64,000 nt of DNA, from contig CM022669.1 of the NCBI GenBank assembly GCA_012295275.1, positions 8,866,001-8,930,000 of the forward strand. The letters are read 5' to 3'. The notes beneath the pieces were generated by a model. That model saw only the letters and a program-made list of their open reading frames with translations. It was not told where the DNA came from and made no database searches. The position numbers and the translations under genes were made by a program. Every line of letters begins with the position of its first letter. The stretch's first letter is position 1. The stretch comes from Chrysomallon squamiferum. Lineage: Eukaryota; Animalia; Mollusca. This document shows, one piece after another, positions 1 to 30,457 of this stretch.

Positions 1-6980
<6,980 letters not shown>

Positions 6981-9050
6981 TTGGCTGTTTAGACGCAGTT
7001 TGCTTCCTGAAACAAGTTGTAGAAATGTGATGGCAGAAATACATTTTTGTAAACAATTTTGATGAAATGTCATTTCCAAAGTATGTGACAATGATTACGA
7101 TTGGTTAATAATGTACCTTGGCTGCCAGTAAAATGAGTCAGTGTTTTTGATTGGTTGCAAGAAATGTTGCGACAGTTTTGATTGGATACTGAAGTGAATT
7201 GTGTAACAACATTTGTGATTGGTTACAGAGATGACACAGACAAGCTCAGAGGAGTTGAGATTAATAAGAAGAGGATTCTGATTGGTGGAAATCAGTCACA
7301 TTTAAAGTTTTTACTTCATTTGACTTGCATAAAGGAAGAGCAAGGAAGTTAAAATGAAGATGTTAATATGTACAAGAAATAAATGTTTTTCTTTTCTAAC
7401 ACACTGTCTCAGTGACAAGAGGAGATAACTCTTTAAAAAGACAACTGTTAAAACTGGTTGTGACAGGATGAAGCAGTCGCACAAATCAATAAATTCATTG
7501 AAAAAAAAAAAAAAAAAAAAAAGACACTATCATCTTTATATGATCACCACTGGCTTTAATATTGCCATAGTAACTGTTTGTAGATAAACAAAAATGTGGA
7601 TAATTTCTAAGTGAAATCAAGAAAGTCATATCATTTTCATTTTTACAGTTCTATGGTTTGTTAACACAGAAGGTTTTTACAGTTTTTTGTTTCATTTTTC
7701 TTTCATTTTTGATGAAGAATGTAGTGAACTTGTACAGAAAATGGAATTTCTATAACTTCTGTTGGTTTTTTTTTTTTTTTTTTTTTTTCATACTGATTTT
7801 AAGTGAAATTATTATTATATTATTTCTCTGTTTAAGAACATTTGTAAATCTTAAGAAACAACAACATTAAATTTATCAGGATGTTCTAATTTTCTATTCC
7901 ATGCACAAGAGATGTTGAACAGTCTTTGTTTACGACTTGAATATTCATAACAAATCATTTGGTGCATGAACATTCATAAAGCTGAATATCTGTATGAATA
8001 TTCATAAACAAAAACAACTGCATGAATGTTGATAAGGCTGCATGCATATCATAGATAGTGAATCAGTTTTGCTTCTCGGTTTTTTTTTTTTTTTTTTTTT
8101 CATTATTCATGAAAACTGCCTGGAAACAAATGTGTGTTTAAGTTGTTTTCATTTGTCCTTCAGAGTCATCTGGTTAAAAGATTTTTTTGTTCGTTTTATT
8201 TTCAATCTTTTTTTTTTTTTGTCTTAAAAAGATTTATTTCTGTTCATTTTTTTTTATTATTATTATTTTTTCTTGTTGTTTTTTTTTTTTTTTACATTTG
8301 CACTTAAGCATTTGTTTTTATATGTTTATTAAATTACTTTTTTTTTTTTCAGTGTAAATAATTTTTAATTAAAAAAAAATCTATGATAAAACACCTTGTT
8401 TTCTATATAATTTTAAAAAGTTAATAAAAAAAAAAAACATTCAATAATTGATATGATACATTGAATTTACATATTTAAACAAAGTCAGGTTTTTAATGAT
8501 TTCCCACTTTTTTTTTTTTTTTTTTTTTTACTGTTTATGATATATATTTTTAATTATATTCAGAAATATATTTGATGATGTGAAACCATATCTGTGGGTG
8601 GAGTTTTGATTATGAGCTCTGGGGTGAGGGAATATGATAAATGTTTATTGATTTGTGTTCATGCAGCATAATAAGGCAATACCTCAAAACAACGTCATTC
8701 CACTCATCATAAACTGACACATGTCAACTGGGTATCTCCTCCCCTTGTACACTTCACTGTCAAGTGGGTGGAGTCATTATGTCATAGGGTAACTCCCACC
8801 TACCAAATAGCTTGCCAATAAGTGTATTTTTATTTTTATTTATTATTATTATTTTTTTTTTAAATGAGTTTCTGAATGTCACAAATGTGAGGAAAAAGTT
8901 GGCTTGGGAATTAGTTATCTGATTATTATATTGGAAAACATTTTTTTTTTCTCTCTCTCTTTTTATTTCTCAAAAATTTACTTTTGTATTATTTGTTTTT
9001 ACATAGTTAATACATAGAATTATGAAAATAATTGATACGGTCATATTCAT

Positions 9051-9089
<39 letters not shown>

Positions 9090-9360
9090 TCAAGTGTTCT
9101 TTTTAAAATTCAACTTGGTTAGGAATATTTAGTGAAAAAGGTGAGACAAGCATAAAAGAATTTAAGAAAAATATATATGTATAAAGAAATATTGAATAAT
9201 TGTACCAAGTGTTTTTAAAAATAATTCCGTTTTTGTTTTATTTGTGTTTTTTGTTTTTTTTTTAATTAATTATTATTATTATTTTTTCAATCATTTCATT
9301 ATGACAGGTTGGGTGTGTTCGGTGATCAGTGAAAGTTGCATATTAAAAGTTGAATCAAAC
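6981..9360 (+). other. Probable long 3'UTR of groucho copy A
   Basis: CpG-poor, T-rich sequence after the stop. ATTAAA at ~9342 is followed by a GT-rich stretch, and CpG becomes common beyond it. The end point is inferred; earlier AATAAA signals exist (e.g. ~7378, ~7488). Confidence 0.45.
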
Positions 9361-9849
9361 ACGTTAGTTGTTTTGTATTCTGATCATCCATTTGTCTGTC
9401 TCAGCGTCGTAACAACATTTACATTTGAAGGAAGAACCATTCTTTTTATAGCGATTCAGTCAACACATTTATAATCAGTGATCGTATGGTGCAATACATG
9501 TGGTAAATTAATAGAAACGTGTTGCTATCTCGCTATATTTTCACATGGTGCTAATGTATCTTTCTTGTATACCAACCCATTGACAGAAAGAAAACACGAT
9601 AAACCAACAGAATGGAATATAATAGACCAGTAGGGGAACTGTGGGTAACTGGCGTCTCGTTAATGACACATTCATTCTATGTTTGCTGACCAAATGAAAT
9701 TTTAGGACAGATACATCATAACTATTAAATTTTAAATACTTGAGAAGAATATTTTCTTTATAAATATTCCCCCAACTCAGTAATCCCCCCTGTTTAAGTT
9801 ACGTCATACGTTTTTATGGTCTATGTGTGACGACATAAATAAACATCAT

Positions 9850-19320
<9,471 letters not shown>

Positions 19321-19411
19321 ATTATGTTATTTCCAGGTTTTTTTTTTTTTTGTCGATTTATTTAGAATAAAAATGTTTCTGTTTTATTTTTGTTTTTTCA
19401 CAATCAAATAA

Positions 19412-19447
<36 letters not shown>

Positions 19448-19821
19448 AAGAAAGTAAAAAAAAGAGGACTATGTGACAATAATAATAATAATAATAAATA
19501 AATAAATAACTGATATTCATGTAAAATTATTTTTAATCACAGCAGTTACATGTAAGAACAAAGAAAACAATCAGTGCAGTGTATAAAATGATTTATTTGT
19601 TAGTGGCACCGTCTAAAACGCACCCAAAAGAAACAAAAACAGTGAGTTGTAAGAATACAAACTTCACACTATTTAATATATTCACATCACCCACACTGTA
19701 CAAAATCTGTTTTCTTAATTCATCCACACGCGCATTTTAAACACAACACTGAGAAGTCGGTCACTCGGTTTGTTTCTGTATCAGATATGTTTATATTTGG
19801 CTCATTTTACTGTTGATTAAG

Positions 19822-20762
19822 TACAAAGAGCTTATGCAAGTCGTAATTATTTAAGTGATAGAATAGTTTACACTTTGATAGACAACATAATTGTTCAGTT
19901 TATCAAGAGAACTATTTTTACAGCGCGTATAAACACTACACTGCGTACTTGATAGCCACTCCACTGATACTTGAAATACGTAATCTGTTATTAATAGAAA
20001 TTAGATTTTGTTTACAATTGTGTCACATGCTATCGGTTCATTCTGTCATTCACCTTTGATCTCTGATTACAGAGTGACCGAAATATTCCGATGATTTACG
20101 ATTAGTAACGGCATTGTGCGAGAAGCGTTCGCGATCGTCGTTGATAGTAGTAATGCTATCAAAAATAAGTCGATTTAATCCAGTTGGTTAAAATTGGAAC
20201 GAAATTATCTAAGTCATCCGAACGTTTACCGAATTTCAATAAAATTATTAAAAAAAAAAAATGACTGAAAATTCCACCAGAGCAAAGTGATTGTACGGCA
20301 TTTAAAAATTAAACACTTTTTTAAAATTTACTCCTCGCTGAAGTAAAAACGAACAAATTTCTCTTGGTAAAAAATTCTACACGAGAATGAATGAAATAGT
20401 AATTCTGACACTGCAAGGACAAGAGCTAGTAAAAAAAAAAAAAAAAAAAAAAAAACAACAACAAACAAATAAATAATAATAATAATAATAAATAAAATTT
20501 AAAATAAAACAACAACAATAACATCAAATAAACAAAAACAAAAACAAGTAGAAGAATACAATCACCAGCTCCTAGTGCCTTTGAGAACACCGAAGATACT
20601 GTATCTGTGTTCTGATCATAAAATAATATCACGAAAATAGGATAAAGACAATAAATGTTTGTTATTTCATGTATGTCACAGTAATAAGCAACTTTCAAAT
20701 AGAACGTGTACATACACATACATATATATCTACATACATATATAATGTTGTTGTTTGTATTA

Positions 20763-20823
<61 letters not shown>

Positions 20824-22398
20824 AAGTTCACTATTATTATTATTATTAAAAGTTCACTATAGTAGAACCGGACATTACAACAAGAAAAGAAAAAAGGAAG
20901 AAAAAGAATAAAAGACTTGAGAGAACTGAGAAGTAACACGGAAATGACATCGACATAAAAGAACAGAAGTTTTACACTCGTTGGTCTCTCAAAACTTGGA
21001 TACGCTGAACTTCCAGGAAATCAGACACTGGGTCTTCTGATAAAGAAAAACAAAACACAAACATTTCAACAAGAATCGACTGAAACAACAACATTAATAA
21101 TGATAATTAAAAAAAGACAATAGATAGCACAACAAAACCAAAATAATTCGTTCCTGTCTCCAAAATATTTGTGTATGTGTGGAACAGCCTTTTTCATGTT
21201 TGTAACAGAGACTTGTGTTATTGTCAGTTTAAGAAAAGAAAACACAGATTAAAAAGAAACAAAAGAAAGTAAAATAAAGAAGAAATTAACAACGACAACA
21301 ATACTGACAAAAAAAAAAAAAAAATACAACAGCATCTACCTGGATTGTAATAAAAGCGATAGCGACACTTTTGTTTTGATTCTGACTCGTTGACTTTTTA
21401 CCTGGATTAGTGTCACAGAATGTGTGTGAAATAATCCCTGCTCCACAGCAAACACATTACGTCATACCATTGTCTGATAATTATCAATGACGTCAGAGGT
21501 TCTCACTTAAAATAACTGGTTAATTAATAAAAATGAAATCGAGACACAAACTGTTATTTAGCATTGTTCTACACAGTAACAGCTATAACTCAAATACCGT
21601 GTCAGGACAGGCATGTTTCAACTTTTATACATTATATAATTCAGTAACACATCTAATTTGCATTTCTAGACAGATGGACGTTCCGATATATGGTCGCGCT
21701 TCAGTAGCTCTGTCTGTTGTTTTCATGAAAAATACGCCGAGGTAACAATGAATTTATATATTTTTGGCTTAAAAAAAAAAAAATAATAAATATAAAAAAA
21801 TAAATAATCTATTCAAAAAAATGTTCTACACTATAAGCAACATGTTTATAAGTAGGTTATTAATATTACGTACAAGATAATGTTCGAAATATGACGATTA
21901 CTTGCGCGGGTTAATCTCGGCCGAAACGAGTTCCACCAGCGCGTAATCAATCGTAAGATTTCGGACAACATCGTACCTAAAATGTTTGGTGATGAACGTT
22001 AGTGGTTATGCTAAACATTTTGATTCAAATTTTAATGGATGAAATTAAAGAAGAAAAATAGTATGTACATGAATGTGTTTGACATGTAACAATACCTATT
22101 AAACATTCATTTTGGATATTCTTTACATTTACATGAGTTTGAAACCGAACTGAAACAATTGATATTTTCAGAAACGATTCTCCAGTCGTTGATAACGCCA
22201 CACAGACAGCAAATCCCAGAACACAGTGTGACGAATCTGAAAATAAACCGACAAAATCAGATTCCGCGTCCATGGAAGTTAAAAACACAAAACCTGTCAG
22301 CAAATCCAGTTAATAGATTCATTCACGTTTTACCAGCTTTACAGATGTGTTTAAAACATCACCCAGTGACTGCTGCGACAATAACAATAAACTGTTGA
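19822..22398 (+). pseudogene. Possible decayed or poorly assembled spliced gene of unknown identity
   Basis: Exon-like blocks with acceptor and/or donor sites: 19822-19979, 20073ff, 21670-21741 (TDGRSDIWSRFSSSVCCFHEKYAE), 21856-21997 (in-frame TGA), 22171-22398, followed by AATAAA at ~22502. No recognisable domain. Confidence 0.25.
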
Positions 22399-22912
22399 TT
22401 ACATGCTTTCGTGTTTGTTTGTTTTTTTGTTCTTTTGCTTCTTTGTTTTAATCGTACAAGTCCATATATAAAGTTGTTATCTATAAGGGGGGAAAAAAAT
22501 TAATAAATAAATCAAATAAATAAACAATAAAACAAATAAACAAATAAACAAAAATAATAATAATAATAATAATAAATAATAATAATAATAATAACTGGTA
22601 TTTAAATAAGTATTGTATACACTTAAGTATAGCAAACTCAATTTAAATCGCTAATTCCTCCATATTCAGCTGTCCCGTTCAAATGGATGTCTCAGTAATT
22701 AATTCGCTTCGTAGATCAGTTCTAGGCAAGATAAAAACACTGTTCATAGACTTTTAATACTGTCCATCCGCTTGTTTGTTCTTGCTCATCTAACTGTCAT
22801 TTCTATAATTTGTAATAAAATGAAATACGTAGAGTTCATCTAGAGTCTGTGTGAATTATTGTATTAATGGACTCCATCAACGGAAATCCATCCATTCCAT
22901 CGTTTCTACCAA

Positions 22913-22937
22913 TCCGTTAAATCGAGGTTCTACTGTA
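22913..22937 (-). mobile_element. Solitary terminal-inverted-repeat-like end of a Tc1/pogo-type MITE
   Basis: Reverse complement reads TA-CAGTAGAACCTCGATTTAACGGA, resembling CAGT-starting, TA-flanked TIRs. No matching opposite end was found. Confidence 0.4.
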
Positions 22938-24039
22938 TGTTGAGCTTATTTCCGTCTTATCAAAATTGGTTGGTTGGAATATAATAATCGAGATAAAATA
23001 ATTTTCATTTTATGTAAAAAAAACAATAAAAAAAAAACAAACAACAAACAATCCATAGAGGACTATAATGAGCAAAGATCAAGTTTATTTCACAAATGTT
23101 TCTATATTAAAACAAGATTATTTTTGTTTTTCAAAGTTTTATGGACTTCATTGTAAATTTTAAACTATTAATATAAAAAAAAAAAAAAAAAAAAAAAAAA
23201 ATAAATAAAAAAAAATAAATAAATAAATAAAAAAAAATAAATAAATAAATAAAATAATATAAATAATTAAAAATTAAAAAGAATCCACAGCAAACTTCAA
23301 AAGAAAAATTTAAATTTACTAATTGATGATTCTGAAACTGAAAACCAGAAACAAATAACAAACAAACAAGTAACAGTGAGATCTATATAAAATTATTGTG
23401 GTTTATGTAAATTGAAAACTCTGAAACTTTTGGAAAATAAACTCAAGATGTAATGTTTTGGAAATGCAACTATTATATTATTATTATTATTTAAATGCTC
23501 ATTTTTTAATCAAATAAAAAGAATGAATACTTTATATTATGACAAATTTCAGTAATCTGATGGGCTTACATTTTGTAAGTAATTTATTATTATTATATAT
23601 ATATATATTTTAAAAACTAATACAAACTAAATCTCAGATCTTTTTTTTTTCATGTGGTTTTTTGTAATTTAACTTACATACCAGTTATGTTGAACAGTGT
23701 CAAAATATAGTCTTACATACAAACAACAATATCAACAACAACAATAACAATAGTAGCACAATAATAACAGCAACAATGATAGTATTAAGGGTATAATATT
23801 TATAAAGTACACACAGGATGAGGCACTTGTGAAATAACCAAATTTTCATGAACAACATCCACAAAAATTTAAATATTGCTGTTCATTCTGAAACAAGGTG
23901 ATCAGATTTTTGTTTTAAGTTAGATTTATATTTAATAATATAACAACTTGACAAACCGATGTGTTTTGTAAACACTATAAAACTGTGTTTCTAATTTTGT
24001 TTCCTAACTTAACATGTCTGCTGGATTAATGTCGACATA

Positions 24040-24590
24040 TTTGTAAACATTAGGAAACTGTTTTAATTTCTCTTATTTGATGATGTATTAATACTGATAA
24101 ATATTATAAATGTCTGTATAGGTTTGTAAATGCTAAGAATGTGTTTTTATTTTGATCGATTTTTTTGATGATGTATTAATATTGATATATCATAAACGTC
24201 TGTATATATATATTTGTAAATGCTAAAACTGTGTTTTTATTTTTATTTTATTTTTTGGATGACGTATTAATACTGATATATTATAAATGTCTGTGTATAT
24301 GTTTGTAAATGCTAAAACTCTTGTTTTTATTTTTATTTTATTTTTTGGATGACATATTAATACTGATATATTATAAACGTCTGTGTATATGTTTGTAAAT
24401 GCTAAAACTCTTGTTTTTATTTTTATTTTATTTTTTGGATGACTTATTAATACTGATATATTATAAACGTCTGTGTATATGTTTGTAAATGCTAAAACTC
24501 TTGTTTTTATTTTTATTTTTATTTTATTTTTTGGATGACGTATTAATACTGATATATTATAAATTTAAATGCTAAGACTCTGTGTTTTTA
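24040..24590. repeat. ~90-nt minisatellite, ~6 copies, in the DTWD2 3'UTR and overlapping its stop codon
   Basis: Core gatga(c/t)ntattaat recurs at about 24079, 24167, 24258, 24348, 24438 and 24534. Confidence 0.9.
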
Positions 24591-27092
24591 ATCTGTTTGA
24601 GTTCAAGGCGTTTGCGGACAGACTTAGCGAGAGGTTTCTTCCACAACCCGTGTTCAATCTTGAACTCTCGACTCTCATGTTGCACAGCTCCGTGTTGTAA
24701 CTGAAAATCACACAGCGCAACCAGAGGACGAATCAGAATCTGAAAAAAATAAAATAAAATAAAATAAAAATACGAAACAATAAATACAAGTATATAACAT
24801 ATTTCCAGTTAAAAACATGTTTAAACTTAACTGTATGAACACATTTCAAATGACTTATTACTTTTTATTTCAAAATATTTTCTTTAAATGAGATCAAGTA
24901 TAAAGAACATAATATTTTATTTATCTGTTGCTGTTGCTGTTATTCTCATCTCTCGAAAGCAGTTTCTCACTTTTGTTTTTAAAAAGAACTTAGAGGTTAA
25001 TAATTGTATAAATAATTGAATTTAAACATATAATATAATTTAAATTTAAAAAAAATAAAAGGTTATTATTATTTTGTTAACAGGTCTCTCACTTGTGTTA
25101 AATCAGGTTTGTGCTCGAGGACAGAAAGAGCCACTGCGGCTGATTCAAGAGTTGACAAAGCTGTTTCAGTGGGCTGAGTTCTTATCACATATTTACTTTT
25201 CTCTCCATAGTTCACCTGTACCTGATAAACAAATAAACAAAAAGTAAAAAAACAAAATAAAAAAAAAAAACAATACAATACAATGAAATAAACAAACAGA
25301 CAAATAAAATATAAAAAATAAAAATAGATAAAAAGAAAAAAAAAAAATTAAAATAAAAAAAACCAATAAATAAACAGACGACATCAGATTTATACAACAA
25401 GAATGTGAAGGAAATAATGTTGTAGACAAATAATAAATACTTCATGCATTTTCATAGGTTAAAAAAACCCCCAAAACTTCAAATGATAATAACTATTATA
25501 CATTTAAAACACAAGATGATACAACTTTACAAAATAAAAAATCTCACTTTTCTAGGCAATTTCATTATAGCGTTCTGTAAATACATTCCTTTAGCTTGAG
25601 CCCAGGTCCCATCAAGCAGAACAAGATTGTACGTCCTGTCCTTCTGTGTCAATGTCCTCTATATTGATGGCATCTGGTCCAGGATATAAAAGCAGTGTGT
25701 TTGGAGATCTCAGAATTTCATCCAACAAAGGATACCTGAAAATTTTACAGATTGAGTACAGTAAATCCCAGATTATCATTTCTCTGGATTATCTGATTTT
25801 GTTTTTATCTTGCCAGCTGAGATATACTGTAAGTCGTATGATTTGATCAGTTAAATATGAGTATTTAAATATTTTTATATTTTTTGAATTTTATTGAATT
25901 TTTAAAAAAAAAAATTTTTTTTTTTTTTTTTTTTTTTTTTATTGAATTTACCTGCTTTGTGGAAATTTTTTGCCTTTTATAATATGACATTTTCCTTCTG
26001 GGAGACTGTGATAAAGCATTGGAGCTGTTTTCAGACATCTTGATTCCTGTTTTTTAAAAAAACATTAAAATTGAATTACTTGACTTTCCAGATATAAAAA
26101 TTCTTGTCAAATTTTTAACCTATTCAAGGAACACAGTAATAAAAAAATAACAAAATAAATAATTAAAAAAACAGTAATAAATTTAAAACATTATATAATA
26201 AATAAAACAATAATAAAAAAATAAAAAATAAAAAAAACAAATAAAATATAAAATATAAAATAAATAAATAAAAATTAAAAATAAATAATAATTAAAAAAA
26301 TATTTTTATTGTCAGAAATCAGTTTTTTTTTTGTTGTTGTTTTTTTTGGCTTGTAATTTTTTTCCTTATCTCTTTGTTCTGAATGACTGATGATAATTAT
26401 TTTTCAAGAATGAATTAAAAACAAAAAGTTGTACATTTCTTTCAGTTACTGAAATAGAATCTACCAAAATAAATATTTATAAAATGTTAATTAAAAGTAT
26501 AAACTTTGTTTATGAACTATTAGTGAAGTAATTTACTTCAAATGGATGTTGCAGTATGTAAACTGTAGTTTCTACGGGTACACTGGAACGTGAGGTAGAT
26601 ACGGACACCAACACACAGTAGCAGGTCTCCTGTGAAAATAGAAAAGTGAAGTGCTTAATACAGAACATTTGTTTATTATTTTTTTTTTTTTTTTTAACCA
26701 CATGCGTTTAAATAAATGATAGATTTTAATTTTTTTTAAAAGATTAATTCAGAAAAAAAAAAAAATCGCCTATATCTATCACATGGGTAATTTATCAAAC
26801 TAAATATTTACGACTGCTATTTTTAAACGAAAAATGTGTCATGACATGTGACATAAAAATATTAAAATGATAAATCGATGTTGTTGCCGGTACGGTAAAA
26901 CTATTCAATAAAATAGTATATTACAAACGCACGAAAATTATTAAATCGAGAAAAGAATACGTACATACAACGATTACAAATAGGTCTTTTTACAGAAATA
27001 GGTTTGTCTGTGTTAGCAAAATTAAACAAATCATTCATAAAATGGCCGTCTACATGAGTTTCTAAACACTCATGCTCATCACAAGCGGCCAT
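24572..27092 (-). CDS. DTWD2: DTW domain-containing protein 2 (tRNA-uridine aminocarboxypropyltransferase); two apparent frameshifts in this sequence
   Basis: Exons 26965-27092 (ATG...KRPICNRC), 26537-26629 (RPATVCWCPYLP...VYILQHPFE), 25952-26046, 25548-25735 (TLLLYPG...YNLVLLDGTWAQAK, the DXTW motif), 25093-25221 (YVIRTQPTETALSTLESAAVALS), 24572-24739 (LIRPLVALCDFQLQHGA...*). Motif order CxxC...CxC, QHPxE, LYPG, DGTW, LSTLE, RPL..LC.FQLQHG is that of DTWD2. Confidence 0.92.
25757..25831. mobile_element. Short MITE-like relic in a DTWD2 intron
   Basis: Begins TA-CAGTAAATCCCAG and ends CTGAGATATACTG-TA (imperfect inverted termini with TA flanks). A related copy lies at ~29149-29245. Confidence 0.45.
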
Positions 27093-27909
27093 ATTGAAAA
27101 TAGCAACGGGAAATAACTCTGAAAACTAACGATCTCACTCCATAGTTTCTAAAGAGCGATGAAAAAAATATACAAAATGATGAGTTTGATCTAAAATCAG
27201 AATCAAACTGGTTATAAAGTGAAAAACAGTTCCGTAGTAAAACAAACAAAAAATAAAAGTAATTTAGGTTGTCATATAAACGAAGTATGAAATCAAATAA
27301 CAACGTTATGAAGATTTATTAAATATAATTATTAAATGTTCATTATTGTGTAATATTAACATATACATTAATAACATTTTTAATGAAGATAAGAAAGTGA
27401 AATGTGTTACATTTATTTACTCAAAATCTCCTCCTCCTAGCTTCTTTCTTTCTTTTTTTTTCTTTCTTTCTATCTTTCTTTTTCTAAACGAAAGTACCAT
27501 GTTTTTGTCAGTGATATTTCGGACTCGGATATTTTGGCTAGTTCGGTTTTTTTTATAAAAAGAAGAACCTTTCGGTATCATCCAAAAAAAAAGAAAGCAA
27601 TTCTGTGTCACTTAAAATATTTTATTTACTGGCATGATATATGAACACTATTACAATAATACAAATAAGAATGTTTTTTATTTATAGATACTTGAAGCTA
27701 ATAACATGTAGGTATGTATATCGCATCAAAGGCTCTTGTAATTCAGGAATACGCAGAGTTTTAAACCGGATCCTCTCTCAGGGATGACTTACACCCAGGG
27801 GGCCTGAGCTCTCGTAGCTTTGAAGTTCATTTTACACATTTTTGTCTGCTTTTGGGGTTTGACACCATATTTCAGTAACTTCCTCGACTACGGAATGCAA
27901 AATAAATTG

Positions 27910-27943
<34 letters not shown>

Positions 27944-28046
27944 ATTGTTCAGTATAACAGTTGGATGAGTTATGTTCACGTGTCCTTTAGTTTTTTGTCC
28001 AGCATCGGGTGTTTAGGTATCAAACGTGATTACAAAAATGTTAGTT

Positions 28047-28093
<47 letters not shown>

Positions 28094-29148
28094 GAGGGGG
28101 ACTGTATTTAAAAAAGTATTCTTTTTATGTAACACTTAAATTATTTTTCTACTGATTTGCTGAATATTAATTAAAAAAAAAAAACGGAAAAGAAAAAAAA
28201 AAGAACATACACACCCAAATTTTATTTTAAAAAATTAACAATAACAGCAATAATAATAATAATAAAATTCAAGTATGCGCGCACGCGCACACACATACAC
28301 AAATAAATAAATAAATAAATCATAATGTAAACATTACAAATAGTTATATATAAAATTAAAATATACGTGACAGTGAAGCTGTTTTGATCACAGAGCGATG
28401 TTACATAATACGCAGTGACAAAGAAGAAGACATTTTTTATTTTCAGTTCCACGACAGAATCTGATATTAAAATTATGCAACTCTCACGTATGTGTATCAT
28501 GGGGCAGAAAATCTCCATTAGCGATAGCGGCAGACGACATTGTGACGTAACGGCGGGAACCAGCGAAGAGACGTCCCAGACGTATTGGCTGTGACAGGAA
28601 ATGTACGAGTTGACGCCAGTCATAAAGTTAATGTCGTCGTGTACACTTCACACAGCGACGTCTAACATCAACCCGCGGGCTACAACTGCAGTCAGCTGTA
28701 AAATATTCATAATACACTTTAGGTCTAAAAACGACTGTTAAATCATCAGACGACCACGTCTTGATTTCTGGCTGCTGACAGCTAGCAGGCCTCACTGAAG
28801 TGGTGTAAGGACTTCTCTTCTAACTAACAGTCTAACTTACTAACACTGTGAGGCACAGGTATTTTTTTAGTGTGTGTAAACACCTTTCAAAACATCCAGC
28901 AAATAATTAAATTAACAAAGCACAGACACCTCTTCCTTGTCTCCTCCTTCCTTTATTTCTCTCTCTCTCTGACTGTCTGTATGTCTCTGCCTCTCTCACT
29001 CTTTCTTTCTTTCTTTCTTTCTCTCTTTCTCTCTGTCTGTCTCTCTGTCTCATTATCTCTGTGATATAAGCTCTACGAAAACGCTATTTTAAAAAAAAGT
29101 GAACATCTCTAGATAAAATACTATTCATCAAATAAAATGATTTATAAC

Positions 29149-29390
29149 AAATCCCAGATTATCCTTTCTCTGGATTATCTGATTATTGTTTAATCTTGTC
29201 AGCTCAGTTTTACTGTAAGTTGTTTTAACTGATCAGTTAAATAACAATTTATTTTTGTTATCTCGAAACTTCTAGTTTTTGTGTTTCACAAGACAGCTAA
29301 AATTTTAATACAATGTGCATCCGTTTGTTTGTTCTTGCTCGTCTAACTGTGATTTCTGTAATCATTTAATTTGTAATAAAATGAAATAAA
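29149..29390 (+). repeat. Composite dispersed repeat (parts match 25763-25856 and 22762-22827)
   Basis: aaatcccagattatc.tttctctggattatctgatt is shared with 25763ff, and catccg.ttgtttgttcttgctc.tctaactgt...aatttgtaataaaatgaaata is shared with 22762ff. Confidence 0.8.
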
Positions 29391-29875
29391 TGACAGTTTA
29401 GCGACATATCTCAGTTTCCACAAAAAGAGAACATCATTTCAATTTCGTATTTTCGAATAAACATATTGTCAATGAGAAAAAAATACGCTGTACTGTCTCT
29501 TGTATTAGATAAATGGATTTATTTACTGTTGTAAGTAGGTAGGTTATAGGACTTTAAAATTGCTGAAAACAAAATTTCGAATTCGTGATCTGAGAGGAAG
29601 TCGGACAAGGCGGTACAAAACCCATTCAGTGGTTTAGTTACAGTTGTCATGGCAACTCAGACTGTGTACGTCATAACAGGGATTTTTATTTGTATAATGC
29701 GTAGGTAAACTAAGAAACTGTAACTGTCAACAAGATGTTTCTCAAATGTTACAACACCTCAAATCGTTTTTTTTATTATTCCTAATAGAATTTCTGTAAT
29801 CAAATGATCAATCGTTATTCTTTAATATCCGATATAAAATACAGAGATACGTAGATATACACAGGAATACGCACA

Positions 29876-29936
<61 letters not shown>

Positions 29937-30373
29937 ACACACAGAGACACATTATATATTAATGATAATTAATTGTAAAATGATGATATGTAAAAAAAAA
30001 CCACAAATAAAACAAAAAACAAACGTAGCCGCATGTGGTACTGTTTTTTTTTTTTTGTATTTGTAACCAAAAATATTATATGTCCATTTTTTTATAGAGA
30101 CAAATCTACATTCCTCCTTACTAAGATACTAACTAGAATTGTAAGTAATGTTAAATCATATTATTGTAATAGCAGTGGTAATAGTAGTAGTAGCAGTAGC
30201 AGCAGCAGCAGCAGCAGCAGTAGCAGCAGTAGTAGTAGTAGCAGTAATAGTACTAGCAGTAATAGTACTAGCAGTACAGTAGCAGTAATAGCAGTAGCAG
30301 TAGTAGTAGTAGCAATAATAATACTAGTAGTCTAAACAGTAGTAGCAGTAGTAGTAGTAATTGTTGCTGTTGC

Positions 30374-30457
<84 letters not shown>

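Noticed and set aside
21892-21894. In-frame TGA as selenocysteine
   Set aside because: No CxxU or other selenoprotein context, no SECIS recognised, and the gene itself is doubtful.
27790-27890. Minus-strand exon-like block or SINE tail upstream of DTWD2
   Set aside because: It has acceptor- and donor-like ends, but the peptide is unrecognisable and the SINE resemblance is vague. Not supportable without a search.
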